Source: Lingula anatina
Taxonomy: Eukaryota; Animalia; Brachiopoda
NCBI GenBank assembly: GCA_051362555.1
Contig: CM120647.1
Location: 17,398,651-17,462,650, forward strand
Direction of reading: 5' to 3'
Length of the DNA stretch: 64,000 bases
Made by a program: the position numbers and the translations under genes
The notes under the pieces: generated by a model
The model's database searches: none
What the model saw: only the letters and a program-made list of their open reading frames with translations
What the model was told of the DNA's origin: nothing
Shown: one piece after another, positions 27,151 through 39,500 of the stretch
Layout of the letters: the number at the start of each line of letters is the position of its first letter
Numbering within the stretch: position 1 is the first letter of the stretch

Positions 27151-30100
27151 ATGTTCACAGATTTAGAGTTTGATAAAGTGTGCAGGGAACTGGAACACCC
27201 CTACCTGCCGGAGTCGGAAGGTTGGGAGTTCTTTGTCGAGTCACATGATGTGACAATTTACAGACAATATAACAAGGTAAACTTACGGACCAACACCCCC
27301 TTTTTGCCAGGTCGAGTATTTAGTTATTGTTGGGTTAAAAGCTGAGGATAATAGTGAGGGGAGATTAACTTTCATATGCGCTTTTTTCTCTAAGGCATTT
27401 AAATAAACATTGAATATACCCGACAAGGACGTTTAACCTTGTACCCCAAGTACAGTACATGCATAGTTTACTGGTACTGTACCGGTACGTACTGCAGTAG
27501 GCCCTACATGTAGCTGACGTTAACTATGCTTAGCTCAATCTTTGTGTAATTCAAACATTGTCCTGACCCGAAATATCTCAAAATGCTGAGTCTGATTTTT
27601 GCAAGCCTCTAAGATGCACAGCATATACTGATCAGTATAGATAGTGTGCGTGTGCGTGCATGTGTGTTTGTGTGTGTGTGTGGGGGGGGTCTTGGGGTCA
27701 TCATAACCATACAGCACCAAAACACAGTGTTTCTGGTTTCTGGATACATCTGGGTGAATTTTGTCTTATAATTGAATTGTGCGATCACTTCCCTTGAATA
27801 CATTGTTTCCATATTTCCAGGTGTCAGGTTTATATCAATACAAGATATTTGGTGAGTTGAAGGATGTCAACCCTGATGTGTGTGCACAGGTGTATATGGA
27901 TACTGAGTATAGGAAGATATGGGACACTTATGTGAATGGTGAGTGCTTAATACAGGAAATGGAGATTCATTAAAGAACACACTGTGAGTATACTGCATAC
28001 TGTAGAATGATGTGAGGCTGGAGTGGGAGGGGGAGAGTGGAGGGGGAGGGTGGGCAGTGATGGTGAAATAACCATCATTTTGGCTTGGAAAGGGCCCACT
28101 CTTCATCAGATTTAGTTAAGATGGTGAGTGCCTGTATACTCCATTAGCTACATGGATAAGGTTTTTTCTTTTTTTAATAACACACTGGACACTATTGCAA
28201 CAGGGGTAGAGAAAGAGTATTACATGCACAGGTACCAGGTCCACATGATAGCTAGATAGAAGGGGGAGGGGGGGGGGGGAAGAACTGTCATTTGGTCTTG
28301 GAAAAGGTCCTTTCTTCCCCAAAATGTGGTAAAGATTTGTTGCTATTTTCTCAGGTTGAATCAAGAATAATGGAATGTTTATTGATCATAATGAACCTTA
28401 ACATACAAGGTACAGATCATCGATAGTGTACAAGCAAATATAAAATGGTCACAGAAATACAATACTAGATATAATAGATTTAAAAAAAAAAAAAAAAACT
28501 ACATGGAACATACAAATTAAACTTACACCTAAGAATGGATATTTTACTGACCAACATCCAACTATAACAAGGCACCATAACACTACTAGCAATAATGACG
28601 CACAATTACAATAATGTATTCTTAATGTTATAGAAAGAACCCCACCCCTTTGAAATTGTCAGCTACAGCCTTGATACAAAGGTGAGAACACCCGAATAGA
28701 GCTATACAGTGTAACTGTTGAGCAACAGTTATTATTTTTTTTTCTTCGTTGTTGTTCATGGTAATATTATAACACTTTTCTATAATTTCAGATTTACGTG
28801 AAATAGAGGAAGGAATAAACAAGGGTATTTATTGGCAGATTAATTTCCCTTTCATGATGTCAAACAGAGATGTATTCTTTAACAAGCATTATGAATATAC
28901 TCCTTATGGGGGAAGTGTGGGGGATTAGTTAGTAATTTGGGCAAATCATTGTTATTTATTTTATTTTATTTTATTTATTTATTTATTTTTATTTATTTTA
29001 TTATTTTTTTTGTATGTCGTATTACTGGTACTCCAATACTTCTCTTTCATATATTACTTTGATTTTGAATTATGATTTAGATGAAAACAAGGTGTTTTAG
29101 TCAATATACGTGACTGCTTTCATGAACATCTCTCACTTTTTCTCTCATCTTCCTTTTACATCGAAAGGACTTGATAAATATAAACTTGTCACTATTTAAT
29201 ATTCTGATTTGATTAAATTTGTAACCAACAGCTTTTAATCATGTGGAACTTTAACATTTAGTTTTATCCTTGACCTAAACAACAGTATGTGTACATGAGA
29301 GAGCTCAGAGAGGTAGACATGGACAATAAACACATCTACTGTGTGTTAGCTAAGAGTGCCAACTTTAACTGCTGTCCAGAAATACCAGGCGTAATACGAG
29401 TGGACGATTATTTCCAGAGCTCTGCTCTCACCTCAAATGGCGCTGGAGGAACAAAAGGTGGGTTAAACAAAACCTGATGTTTTGAATTTTTAAAAAGATA
29501 AACATTGGCGTGGTTATTTTTTGATGTAACCTTTACATTTTTTGCTTAAAAGAAGAAGGAAAAATATTTATATTTATATCTGTATTCATTGATGATTTAA
29601 AATGAAAAAAATCAATTAAATGTGATGATGTTATTTCAGCTTTTATGCATTATTATGACAATCCCAAGGGGATGATTCCTACGTGGCTGATCAACTGGGG
29701 TGCTAAGGTAAGGACCAATATGTCCCTTCAGGATGCAGTGAGAATATTTCTGACAAAAAAAAATGGATTTCAAAAGTTAACAAAAATATATTATATTGCC
29801 CAGCTGCAGAAATATGATGATTGATTCCTGCCCCTCTTGTGTGGCATTTGTATCTGTGACACTGTAGAAGTTTCTCAAGGGCAGCTTATGTAAAACGTTT
29901 TTGTGACAATAGAATTATTAATAAAAAATGATCATGATATTATTATCAATAGATTAATCATTTTTCTTACATTACATGGTTAACATGTTTAGAATTTTTT
30001 GTTACATTTACAATTCACTGAGTTTAAAAACTGCCTCGCTTTGGACGTAATTAAAGCATTTTCAAGTGTGCAGGAGAGATGGCACATTGTGTGATGCCAG

Positions 30101-30214
30101 TATTCTTTGGATTTTGTTTTCTTCTTCCAGACTGGAGTACCTCAGTTCTTGACACAGATGCAGTCAGCTTGTAGAGGTTACCCAGATTATCTGAGGACAA
30201 AACAGCAGTCTTGA
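27151..30214 (+). CDS. PCTP: Phosphatidylcholine transfer protein (START domain, STARD2), 215 aa, six exons
   Basis: Exons 27151-27276, 27821-27938, 28792-28871, 29286-29457, 29640-29707, 30131-30214 join in frame. Motifs WEFFVES…IYR, GLYQYKIFG, VYMDTEYRKIWDTYV, IYWQINFPFMMSNRDYVY, GVIRVDDY, YYDNPKGMIPTWLINWGAKTGVPQFL…AC are colinear with vertebrate PCTP as recalled. Confidence 0.95.
28872..29285 (+). other. Probable U12-type (minor spliceosome) GT-AG intron, PCTP intron 3
   Basis: Donor GTATTCTTT (consensus GTATCCTT, +5 C>T); branch site TCCTTGAC at 29267-29274 with its A 12 nt before the end; no polypyrimidine tract (CTAAACAACAG). Confidence 0.8.
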
Positions 30215-30879
30215 TTTAAGCCAATTTTATCATTTTAGAAAATTATTTGTACCTATTACACCATTGAAATTGTTTGCCACATTATGTAGCTGAAGGTTTT
30301 ATACATTCCATGCAATCTCTATGAAGGTACATATTTCATTTTTTTTTTTTTTTTGGAAAGGAAGATCAATTCTTTTACAGTGCATAGACAGACTTTTTAT
30401 TAAAGACAAACTCATATAGCAAACTTAAAGGCTGTTACAGTTGGTGGGTGGTTCCTTTGAAGGGAAAGGAGATATGTTTAAAGGGCCAAGTTAACCTCTT
30501 ATTGATAGCTATCATGTCTGTAACATGTCATGTGTAAAACATTTTAAGAATTGATGGTGAAAAGTATTGAAATATATTTATTCCCTTTTTTTGCTGGTGG
30601 TGTATATTGGAGACAAAAATATCATTAACATTGTGATTATTTATTTCTCATGTTATTTATAATTTTTTCATGATTTGTATTGATTTCTGTGTCCTGCAAT
30701 ATGAATATACATTGTATTTATATTTATGTCTAGTAATTCTTTCACTCAGTACGTGTGTTTTTACATAACAAAAACTAGTGCTTCAAATAAGAATTAACCT
30801 TTATGTCTAGTCAAAATTATACCTGTGTGCAATACTTTGAGCAATGAGATTTATAGATCATAAGTGAAAATTATCAAAC

Positions 30880-31260
30880 ACAAGCCGAAAAACTTTATTG
30901 CCATTAGCTTTCAGCCAACCTGGATGAAGGCCTTCATCAGACTGATGTGAGTAGATGTTCACACTCACTGACCACTAGGTGGTATAGGGGCCAAGGCCCA
31001 CTTATTCTTATTATTATTAATCTGGTAGATTTACTCACCCCTCCCTATTCATGGGTGGCTGGTGATGGCTGGTGTAGGTAGCCTCTCATATCTTGCATGG
31101 GGTGTCAGATGACTCGGATTCAAGGGTCTTGGTTGAATTCCAGTTAATATTGTGTCAGGTGTCTATTAAATGTTCAGAAATGGCAGACCAGGTATTGCTT
31201 ACAGTCACCGATTTTTCATTTACTCTGGTCTTCAACTGTCTTCGGTATGGATATTTTTGG
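30880..31260 (-). mobile_element. Penelope-like retroelement 3' remnant (GIY-YIG C-terminal part plus hammerhead-like motif)
   Basis: Minus-strand translation RQLKTRVNEK…SAISEHLIDT*HNINWNSTKTLESE…KI*EATY…PPMNREG resembles the Penelope GIY-YIG end. It is followed by CTGATGA-AGGCC…GGCT-GAAAGCTA and AATAAA. Confidence 0.75.
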
Positions 31261-31640
31261 CTTTTGTTTGATCATTTTCATTGATGAGCTAATGAACATT
31301 TTGCTCATTTACGAGATTTATAGACATGTTGTAAAATATTGGAATTTGATTCATTTTAAAATTCTAAAAATTAATAAACATAGTAGCACATGCTGTAAGT
31401 TTATGTTTGTTATTTTGTCTTCATCTTTTTCTCATCTAAAACAGTTCAATTGCACTTGACAAGCAAAGACTCTTGAAACTGTCAAGCAAGGCAGATATAC
31501 TCAGTGTATGTGAAATATAAGTTTAAATGCGAGTGGGAGGTCCAAGTACTCTGCTATCTAAAATTCATTGTAGCACAAGAAAGAACATTAAGAGAATAAA
31601 TGGCATTTTAATATATATATTATCTGGTTGTGATATGTCT

Positions 31641-31961
31641 CAGGGGCGGTTCCATGATTATTTGAAAGGGGGGGGGGGGGGGGTCCGTTTTATAGGAATG
31701 ACAGGCCGATGCAAAGCCAACCCTCTCTCCCCCCCCCCCTTTGGAGTAGGTTCAGCGGGCCCTGAAAATTGTGTTACATGTATTTTAAGAGGGCGAACGG
31801 TGCCATTTGGTACGGTTCAGAACTATGATTCAGCTAGTCAAAAATCTAACTTCAAGAGGGGACCATAGGTGTGATTTTTTTCATAATTCGAAGAGGGGGG
31901 GGTCAGGACCCCCCCCCCCTTCACCCCCCCCCCCCCCCCCCCCTTCTTAAATCCGCCACTG
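31641..31961. mobile_element. MITE family A, longer copy
   Basis: Ends CAGGGGCGG…AAATCCGCCACTG; internal sequence shared with 25130-25253 and 42833-43086; TSD TGTCT/GGTCT (1 mismatch). Confidence 0.85.
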
Positions 31962-32536
31962 GGTCTGATGACAAAGGCTTGACGAGACATTTTGGATTGT
32001 GTTAGGTGTGATACTAGTGCATGCCATAGAATGTGTTGGGTGTGGCATATGACACCTCTCCGATCAGTGGCATTGGCAATTAATGCTCTTGTGAAAAACT
32101 AGGCTGTTAAAGATAACTACCGTTTGCATCTCTCCCTCTTTCTCACTTTCTCTCTCTCTTTCAAAATAAGTGCAATATTTAATCAACAAGCTTTATTAAA
32201 ATCAACAGTAAGAAACTGCAATCGATGCAATTCTTGTAAGACAAATTTACAATAAAATCGTGTGCTGCCTAAAAGGCAGGCTCATATTAGCACAGTAACT
32301 CTTGGTAAAGTTATCCTCACATCTGACATGATAGTTAGATTCTGATAACTGCCTAAATGCGAGCTGGCACCAATCCAACCACCAATGAGAACATGTGTAA
32401 CTAAACAAACCAATGTTGGCGTCGTTTCACGATAAACCGGTGTTAATAAATCGCCAATTAAAAGATCTCGACGTAGCTTATTTTTGCATTGGAAATTAGT
32501 ATTAATCAATAAAAAATGAGCAAAAGAATGTCTTGA

Positions 32537-32783
32537 TTAACCAACTGCAATGACTGGGATCGTTTCATTGATCTTGTCAACAATTGGACCGGTTGTAGTC
32601 GATTGAGGTATTATATATTGTCCAAACCCTGAAAAATATATTTTCTCTCTTGATTATAAAAATATAAATAAATAAAATGTACATTACACTTTTGTGTTAT
32701 GGTAATGATGTTCATATTTTTCTTTTAGTTTTTATTCAATGAGTTACATGAAAGACTTTAAATCACGAGTGTTTCTGGAAGCG

Positions 32784-32851
<68 letters not shown>

Positions 32852-34412
32852 ATATATTTACCTCCAAGTCCGTTAGTACAGTTTTTGAAGCCGGCCACGT
32901 CACCGCCTGACCAGACAGCATTACTGGGGAGTCCTATCACTGACGTCTTCAACATGCATCTGTGCCAATACAACAACGACACATTACAACAAACAGTTAC
33001 ATTATTGTTGCGTCACACAATGGGAGAATATTATTTCAAACAAGCACCTGCAGCACTGGCAATTACACAATGAAATGAAGCAGCAGTGCCATGTGACTAA
33101 ATAAATACAGCGCGATTACATAACTCATTTACTTTTGGTCGCCGCCCTAGAATAATTTTACCTTAATGGTGTCTTTTGCAAAAAAAAATAATAATAATAA
33201 AAATAAATAAAAATGATAATAATAATTATAATGACATTAAAAGGGGCTATTTTAAATCAACTGTACAAATATCGATCGATTTCAGACTTTCTGTGATCTC
33301 GTCTATTTTATTCCATCCTATTTCATTTTTTCTATATCCAGTCTATATTTCGTTACCACTATTTTACGCGCAAACAGCGACAGATCCCTCAGGGCTCATT
33401 CCCATTGAGACTATCGGTCTACGTAAATCGATCCAACTCCACGCGAACTTCCTCTGAATGCAATCAGCTTAACAGATTCACACGCTTTCTCGTTTTTTCT
33501 TGTTTCCAACGTGCTCGTATAATCACCAGCTTTTTCTGAATGCTACTCAACGCCAGGAGGATGTACGTAAATCTGATAGCATTCAGCGAGATTCCCCGCG
33601 GAGTTGGATCGACCTACGTAGACCGATAGTCTCAGTGGGAACGAGCCTTTAGGGAACTGTCGCTGTTTGCGCGTAAAATAGTGATAACGAAATATAGGCT
33701 GGATATAGAAAAAATGAAATAGGTACTGATCCCTTACTTTCTTTCCCCGCTCCTATAGACCCAGAGTTTACAGTCGGCTTCATTGCGACAGCTGAGCTCA
33801 CACATCTCCTCCGTGATATTCTGGATAGGGAAACCGACTGCTATATCTCCCCTGAAGTTTACGTTCTGGAATTTACAGTCTGAAAATACATGAAAATAAT
33901 GTGGCGCGTTTATTGTTAATAAGAGCTGAATAAAATTATGTATAGTAATGACACTTAAAAAGTGACTGATTGTGCACACGTTTTTAACTTAACCTGTATC
34001 AATGGCGTTTCACTTCGTTTTTTATTCTTAACACCAAATTGTTCAACATCAGTTATATATTGAGCAACATTATGATGGTTATAAAATTGTGAATGTCCTT
34101 TTAAAATAAATGGAATCCGGCATACTTACTTGTAGGACAGTTAATGAATCCGGAGACGGACGCCAGGTCCCAAAGAATGGCGTTTGGCAAAGGCATGTTG
34201 TTTTCGAGTGGTTTCTTGGGATAGCATCTTAAGAGAGAGAAAAAGAAAAAGCTATGATGATACAGGTAATAATAAAATAAAAGATGATAATATTAGAATC
34301 GATTATAAAAGAATAATTCAAAGAAAATGATTTGTAAACCCATTGTTTCGTTTAATGTACGGGCTGGTCCAATTAAATTGGTATACAGTGAATATAAAAA
34401 CACATAAGTAAA

Positions 34413-34454
<42 letters not shown>

Positions 34455-35052
34455 AAGGTGGGGACTGACCTCTTCCAGAAGGTATTATATGCCCACATGC
34501 TGCAAGTCTTCGCTTGTTTACATATATTGGCGCATTCCTCGTATGAAGCCGCCTCTTCTCCAAACTGGGAGGCATCATTTCCATTGAAATTTATATTCTT
34601 CAGCGAGCAGCCTACGGTATCATACAAGTAGTTCATTTAGCGGATTAGAATATTCAACTGGTATTAATGAGTAAACATTTGAAAATAAAAATGAAAGTAA
34701 TTGAGGTACAAAATATTAAATAAACGCACAGTGTTTTAACTTTTATCCCATATTACGACAGCAAAAACTTGTCAGATTCTTTTAATACTAATCAAATTAT
34801 ATATTGCTTCGATGATATATCTGCGAATAAACACAAACATATGGTGAATTTGGAGGAACAGACTTCCAAGGGTACTGCTGTTAATTTAGGTCTACATTGT
34901 ACAGACCATATCATGTCTCTGTGTTTGTCTAGAAAATTAAGATATTTTTTGTTCCGACAAAACATGGAGTTTGAAAACATCTGAAACATACCCTGTCCAT
35001 GCGCCAGTGCGGCAAAACTGTAAAAAGCAGCGAGGAACAAGAAATACTCCAT
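32537..35052 (-). CDS. Small secreted protein with two tandem PAN/Apple domains, 210 aa, six exons
   Basis: Exons 35052-34992 (signal peptide MEYFLFLAAFYSFAALAHGQ), 34611-34470, 34227-34130, 33879-33738, 32959-32862, 32628-32537 join in frame. Each domain has the 6-Cys PAN pattern, e.g. CSLKNINFNGND…SYEECANICKQAKTCSMWAY…RCYPK…SVSGFINC. AATAAA at 32192-32197 on the minus strand. Confidence 0.9.
32789..32847. repeat. (TC)n microsatellite; (GT)n/(GA)n tracts also near 34413-34454, 35814-35886 and 36371-36434
   Basis: Direct reading. Confidence 0.95.
33317..33723. mobile_element. Foldback/MITE-like long inverted repeat in intron 4 of the PAN gene
   Basis: Arms of ~155 bp (33317-~33470 and ~33570-33723) are near-complementary; inner part GGCTCGTTCCCACTG resembles PIF/Harbinger MITE ends. 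Confidence 0.85.
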
Positions 35053-35810
35053 CTTTTCAACTGTTGCAACGTAATCTAACTGATTGCAAAGCTGTGCAGG
35101 GATGGTTGGGACACATCAGTGCCATATATCTAAGGACAGTTTACACAAGATCAGATCAGGGAATTATATCGGATCTAGAGTGCTCTGTCGAACGTTGGGC
35201 CGGATGAGATTATTTATACTTTTGCCGGCGAGTGTTCTTTTTCTGTGTAATTTTCTGAACTGTTGTAAAGAGGAAATGATTACATTTCGGAGTGTTGCCT
35301 TCCGAAGCAATGGTCAACGTGTTTTTCGTGAGGATGGTCTTTGAAACAGTTGAAATATTAAAAAATAAGAAAGGAAAGTTAGATATCAAAATATCGCGAC
35401 AGCACATACATGTAAAACTTCTAAGATCATTACACAGCTTAAGCAGGGGGAATGGAACCGAATGAGAGAATAAGTTGAAATACATACATTAGTAATAAAT
35501 CCTTATAATGTATACAGTGGTGCGCTGAAAGCTTTAAGATCAGTATGGTCGCTCCGAGATAGCTGTGTTCATTGCAAGTGTACACAGGGCGGGGTTTATC
35601 ATTGATGTGATGGGAAGGGCAAGATGGCTGTCCCCGTTCTCACAGGAGGTGGGTCATATGCATGTTGTGAGTCTTAACATGGACATGTCACACATTTGGC
35701 AAAACAAACGACAACTTGAAAAGAAATCTTGAAATGGATCAAATAGTGTTTAAACGCACTTTGTGTCTTTTTTTTCTGTGTGAGAGAGAGAGGGGGGAGA
35801 GAGACTCAGT

Positions 35811-35884
<74 letters not shown>

Positions 35885-36368
35885 GGGAATAAGGCATGAC
35901 TTTCGTGATGGTAAGGCAATTTGTTGCTAGTTAGAAGCTGTTCATGAGTAAATCCTGGTATCTGAACTACTGACAAGTCTTGTTACTATCACAAAAATGC
36001 ATTCCATGCCTACATGGTGTACTCCTCTAAGAAATATTTACAGAAATTTGCGCATTCACCACGATAACCAACCTCTTCAACAAAACGGCAAATTTTGTTT
36101 CCATAAACAACAACTGAAAGGAAAACATCTTTGATAGATCGACCTTTGAAAATGGCAGGCGAGAGCGTAAAGGTTATGTTCACAGATCAATTCTAACATG
36201 TAGACTTTCACTTGGCCTTTTAAAATCTGGCCTTCAGTGCCTCTGATAAGTGTCAGATATTGGAGAAATCCGCGTCGTCTTTCCCCCCGTATAACCCCTG
36301 TACGCCGACTGCTATAACTATAAAGGTACAAATACTCGTTCTCGTATTCCCTTGACAGGCTGTAGCAG

Positions 36369-36441
<73 letters not shown>

Positions 36442-36495
36442 AGGGGTCCATTAGACAGGTGCGAAATTGACTTTTACGAATATTACTTTTGCTAA

Positions 36496-36543
<48 letters not shown>

Positions 36544-39500
36544 AAGTGGGAGTACTCCACGCTGTCTGTTTACATATCACCCTGCGTTCACCTGTGCGGA
36601 ATGATGTTCAGGTAAACTATAGAATTCAGCATATCTGAAAATACGAGATACAGAGAGCATTTCTGTATATAAACACGTTATCAGCAGCTACAAATCGTTT
36701 CTGGCAGAATACCTGAAGTACTTATACTTCACAAACCACCCGACATTATGCTGTAGAAACACGTGCCCATATAATTAATGACTATATCGTCTACTGCGTA
36801 CACAGATGTCCATGTTAGGACCACAAGATTCCCCTTGGTATATGTTAAGGTTAAACAGAAAGGTCATTCTACCGGTCAATTTCATCTTATTACGGGCAGT
36901 TTTCTCCCACTTCACCACAAATCCTCTCTGAACCTGTTTTCGATTACGTGGTGCGTGACTCCAATTTCTCTGCTCAACCAAGTGCAGAGGTTAAATCAGA
37001 CGGGCGGAACAAAGTATTTATTTATCGGACTTGCATAATTTCTTATACATGTGTTACTGTAAGATAAAAATTGCTCAACTTGTAACCTTGGAGCGCAAAG
37101 ATTTATTACTTTTTGAAATAGTTCATAACTTTCCGTATGTACTGTACATGTATATATACTGCAGTGCTTTTGCAAGCCTCGTTACGAATACTTACGTTTC
37201 ACATGTTGCACCTAAGAGAAAAGACGCATTGCCGAAAGGAAAACTCCCGTGAACTTCAATACTCTACGAATTTTTTGTTATTGCTAAAATCAGGATACTG
37301 AATGGGAAATTTCAGCTGTGCCGGGCTGACGTTATATTTTTGTTGTCACATATCTCTCAACTTCAACTTTTGACGTCACATACTAGCTGACGTCATTGAA
37401 CTCACAACTGACACCTTAACCAGTTCATTACTTAAGCAGATTCAAAAGCTGATTGCTTAAGCGGACCTCAGGGGTGCAGGAGTTTGGAAGTATGGACTGA
37501 TGTCTCTGACTAGTGTTTCTTTAAGCGGTCAGATCCGAAACTACATGTACGTCAGACCCTCATCGCATTTTCGAACGTTCATTAACTACCAATTGCCCCT
37601 AGTACCGAAAACTACCTTTTTTACCGCAACGCATACATGCAGTACTAGTAATACAAAGAACTAAAGGACTGCTGATAATGCAACACTCAAGAACACTAAG
37701 AACTCTTATACCACGCTGTTGTTTGAAACCCGTTCACCTTAAAATCGGGTCACAGTATTGATAAACGCACACTGGGATAAATGCTTGCCTTTAATCTGTT
37801 TTAATCCCTTGACCTTAAAACTAGGGTGATGCAGGTTATGACCGATCAGCTGTATTGTCTTCGCAGACACAGCTAGTGTACATGCACTTTAAAAGTGAAA
37901 GAGCTGTCTGGGTTTCTTTCGCATAACTTTCCTATAGACAAAATACAAACACTGAACAGGTGAATATCACATTACTACAAGTGCATGTAAGGTGTTTGTT
38001 CTTGAGGTCACTGACCCTAGTCTGATCTGAATCCCATAACACCGTTGTTATGGGCTTACGCGTAGAGAAATACTAACACACATACTAGTATTGCTGCGGG
38101 CGCAGCTCACCTGAAAATCAGGTTAAAGCAGCATTATATCAAATAGACTAGGTACTATCGGATATAGATTATCGGGTAGACGTGTATGTTAATGTTAAAG
38201 CTTGATACGCTGAGATTAGCGTTCCGATTTGGACGTCACGCACGTGCTAGACCTGGAATAACCTGCAATAGGAATTCCTGTGTGGATGTTTTCAATTGAG
38301 AGCTGAGGTTGGGGGAATACATGTGGAATCACATTCATTATTGTGTTATTTTGAATCACAGCGCCAGGTCTACCTGGTCCGACCGATAGGATGATCGTTA
38401 TTCTTGAAGAAGTCACGTCCGCCTTGCTATTGTTAACCTCGAAGGGTTATCGCTTCGCCTTAAGCCTGAGGTCACGGCGGTGTAGGTGACATTGGGCAAG
38501 GTTTGCTGACATTGGAGCATCGTTTGTTCCCGAGCGAAAGTCACCGTCAAAGGTCATCACAGCTAGTAAGCGGTGTCATAATCCAATCACGCTAAAATCT
38601 GAAAGAAATCCCTGCGTAAGCCTGACTCCCTATACCTTTGGTCATTACGCATCTCAAATCAAGCTTTGGTGATGAAAATGATGATGAATCGGAGGACGAG
38701 GAGGATGAGGATGTCGTGACAGACCGCAAGCAGATAAGACGAAGACACGACAGTTTGAATGCCAGAGACAGCGTAGAAAGTCGTATATACATTACACAGT
38801 AAATGTATTACCTTACTGGAATCGATAGCCAGTACGGACGTGAGACCAAATCGTAATTACCACTGCCTCGATGAGATCCAATAAGGAGTGCGTGAAGCGA
38901 GATTGAGGGTTTAAGTAAAACGAACAAGATCATCCGGGAATTATTGGTTCCCAGGAGGCAAATCAATATGATGGACGCAAGAGATGATCGCTTGACCATT
39001 CGGAGAAATTCACGTATATGATGAACTATTATACACATATAGCACGCGTATAGTACAGAGCTCATATATATGAAGAGGTTAATGGTGAAAAATGTAGTGT
39101 TGTGCGACTGAACAGATCATTTGGTTAAAAGAGGAATCGCCGTCGAGCACCAGGACCAAATTAAACCTTTATTCCGCACGGACTCGTCCGCCAGAGACTT
39201 CTGGTTTAACTGTCGGTCATTGACGGTTATAATGAAACGGAAAATATTTTGATTAACTCTGTGTTGCTGTCCACATTGATTTTGGTTTAACTGATATTCT
39301 GTTGCTGGCGATCAGTCAGTACCAAGGGGGGTGTATCATTTGCGTTTAGGGATAATACAAACTGAAGATCGCTGAGAAGAATTGGAGCATTTTTTCCTAA
39401 CATCAAGGTATATGATATACGTACTTTGATAACAAAAGGTCATCAATGAAGACCTCTTTTACGGTAACGTCACTTTATGGTTATCGATACATCCACGGCT

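Noticed and set aside
36077-36580. 167-aa ORF, the longest in the track
   Set aside because: Open only because of (TAT)n and (GA)n microsatellites; no domain signal.
38103-38135. Minus-strand TTTTCAG|GTGAG as a recursive splice site
   Set aside because: No established host intron; a single motif like this can occur by chance.
39200-39325. Short hairpins with repeated TGGTTTAACTG as possible miRNAs
   Set aside because: Stems too short and irregular; no match to conserved miRNAs I recall.
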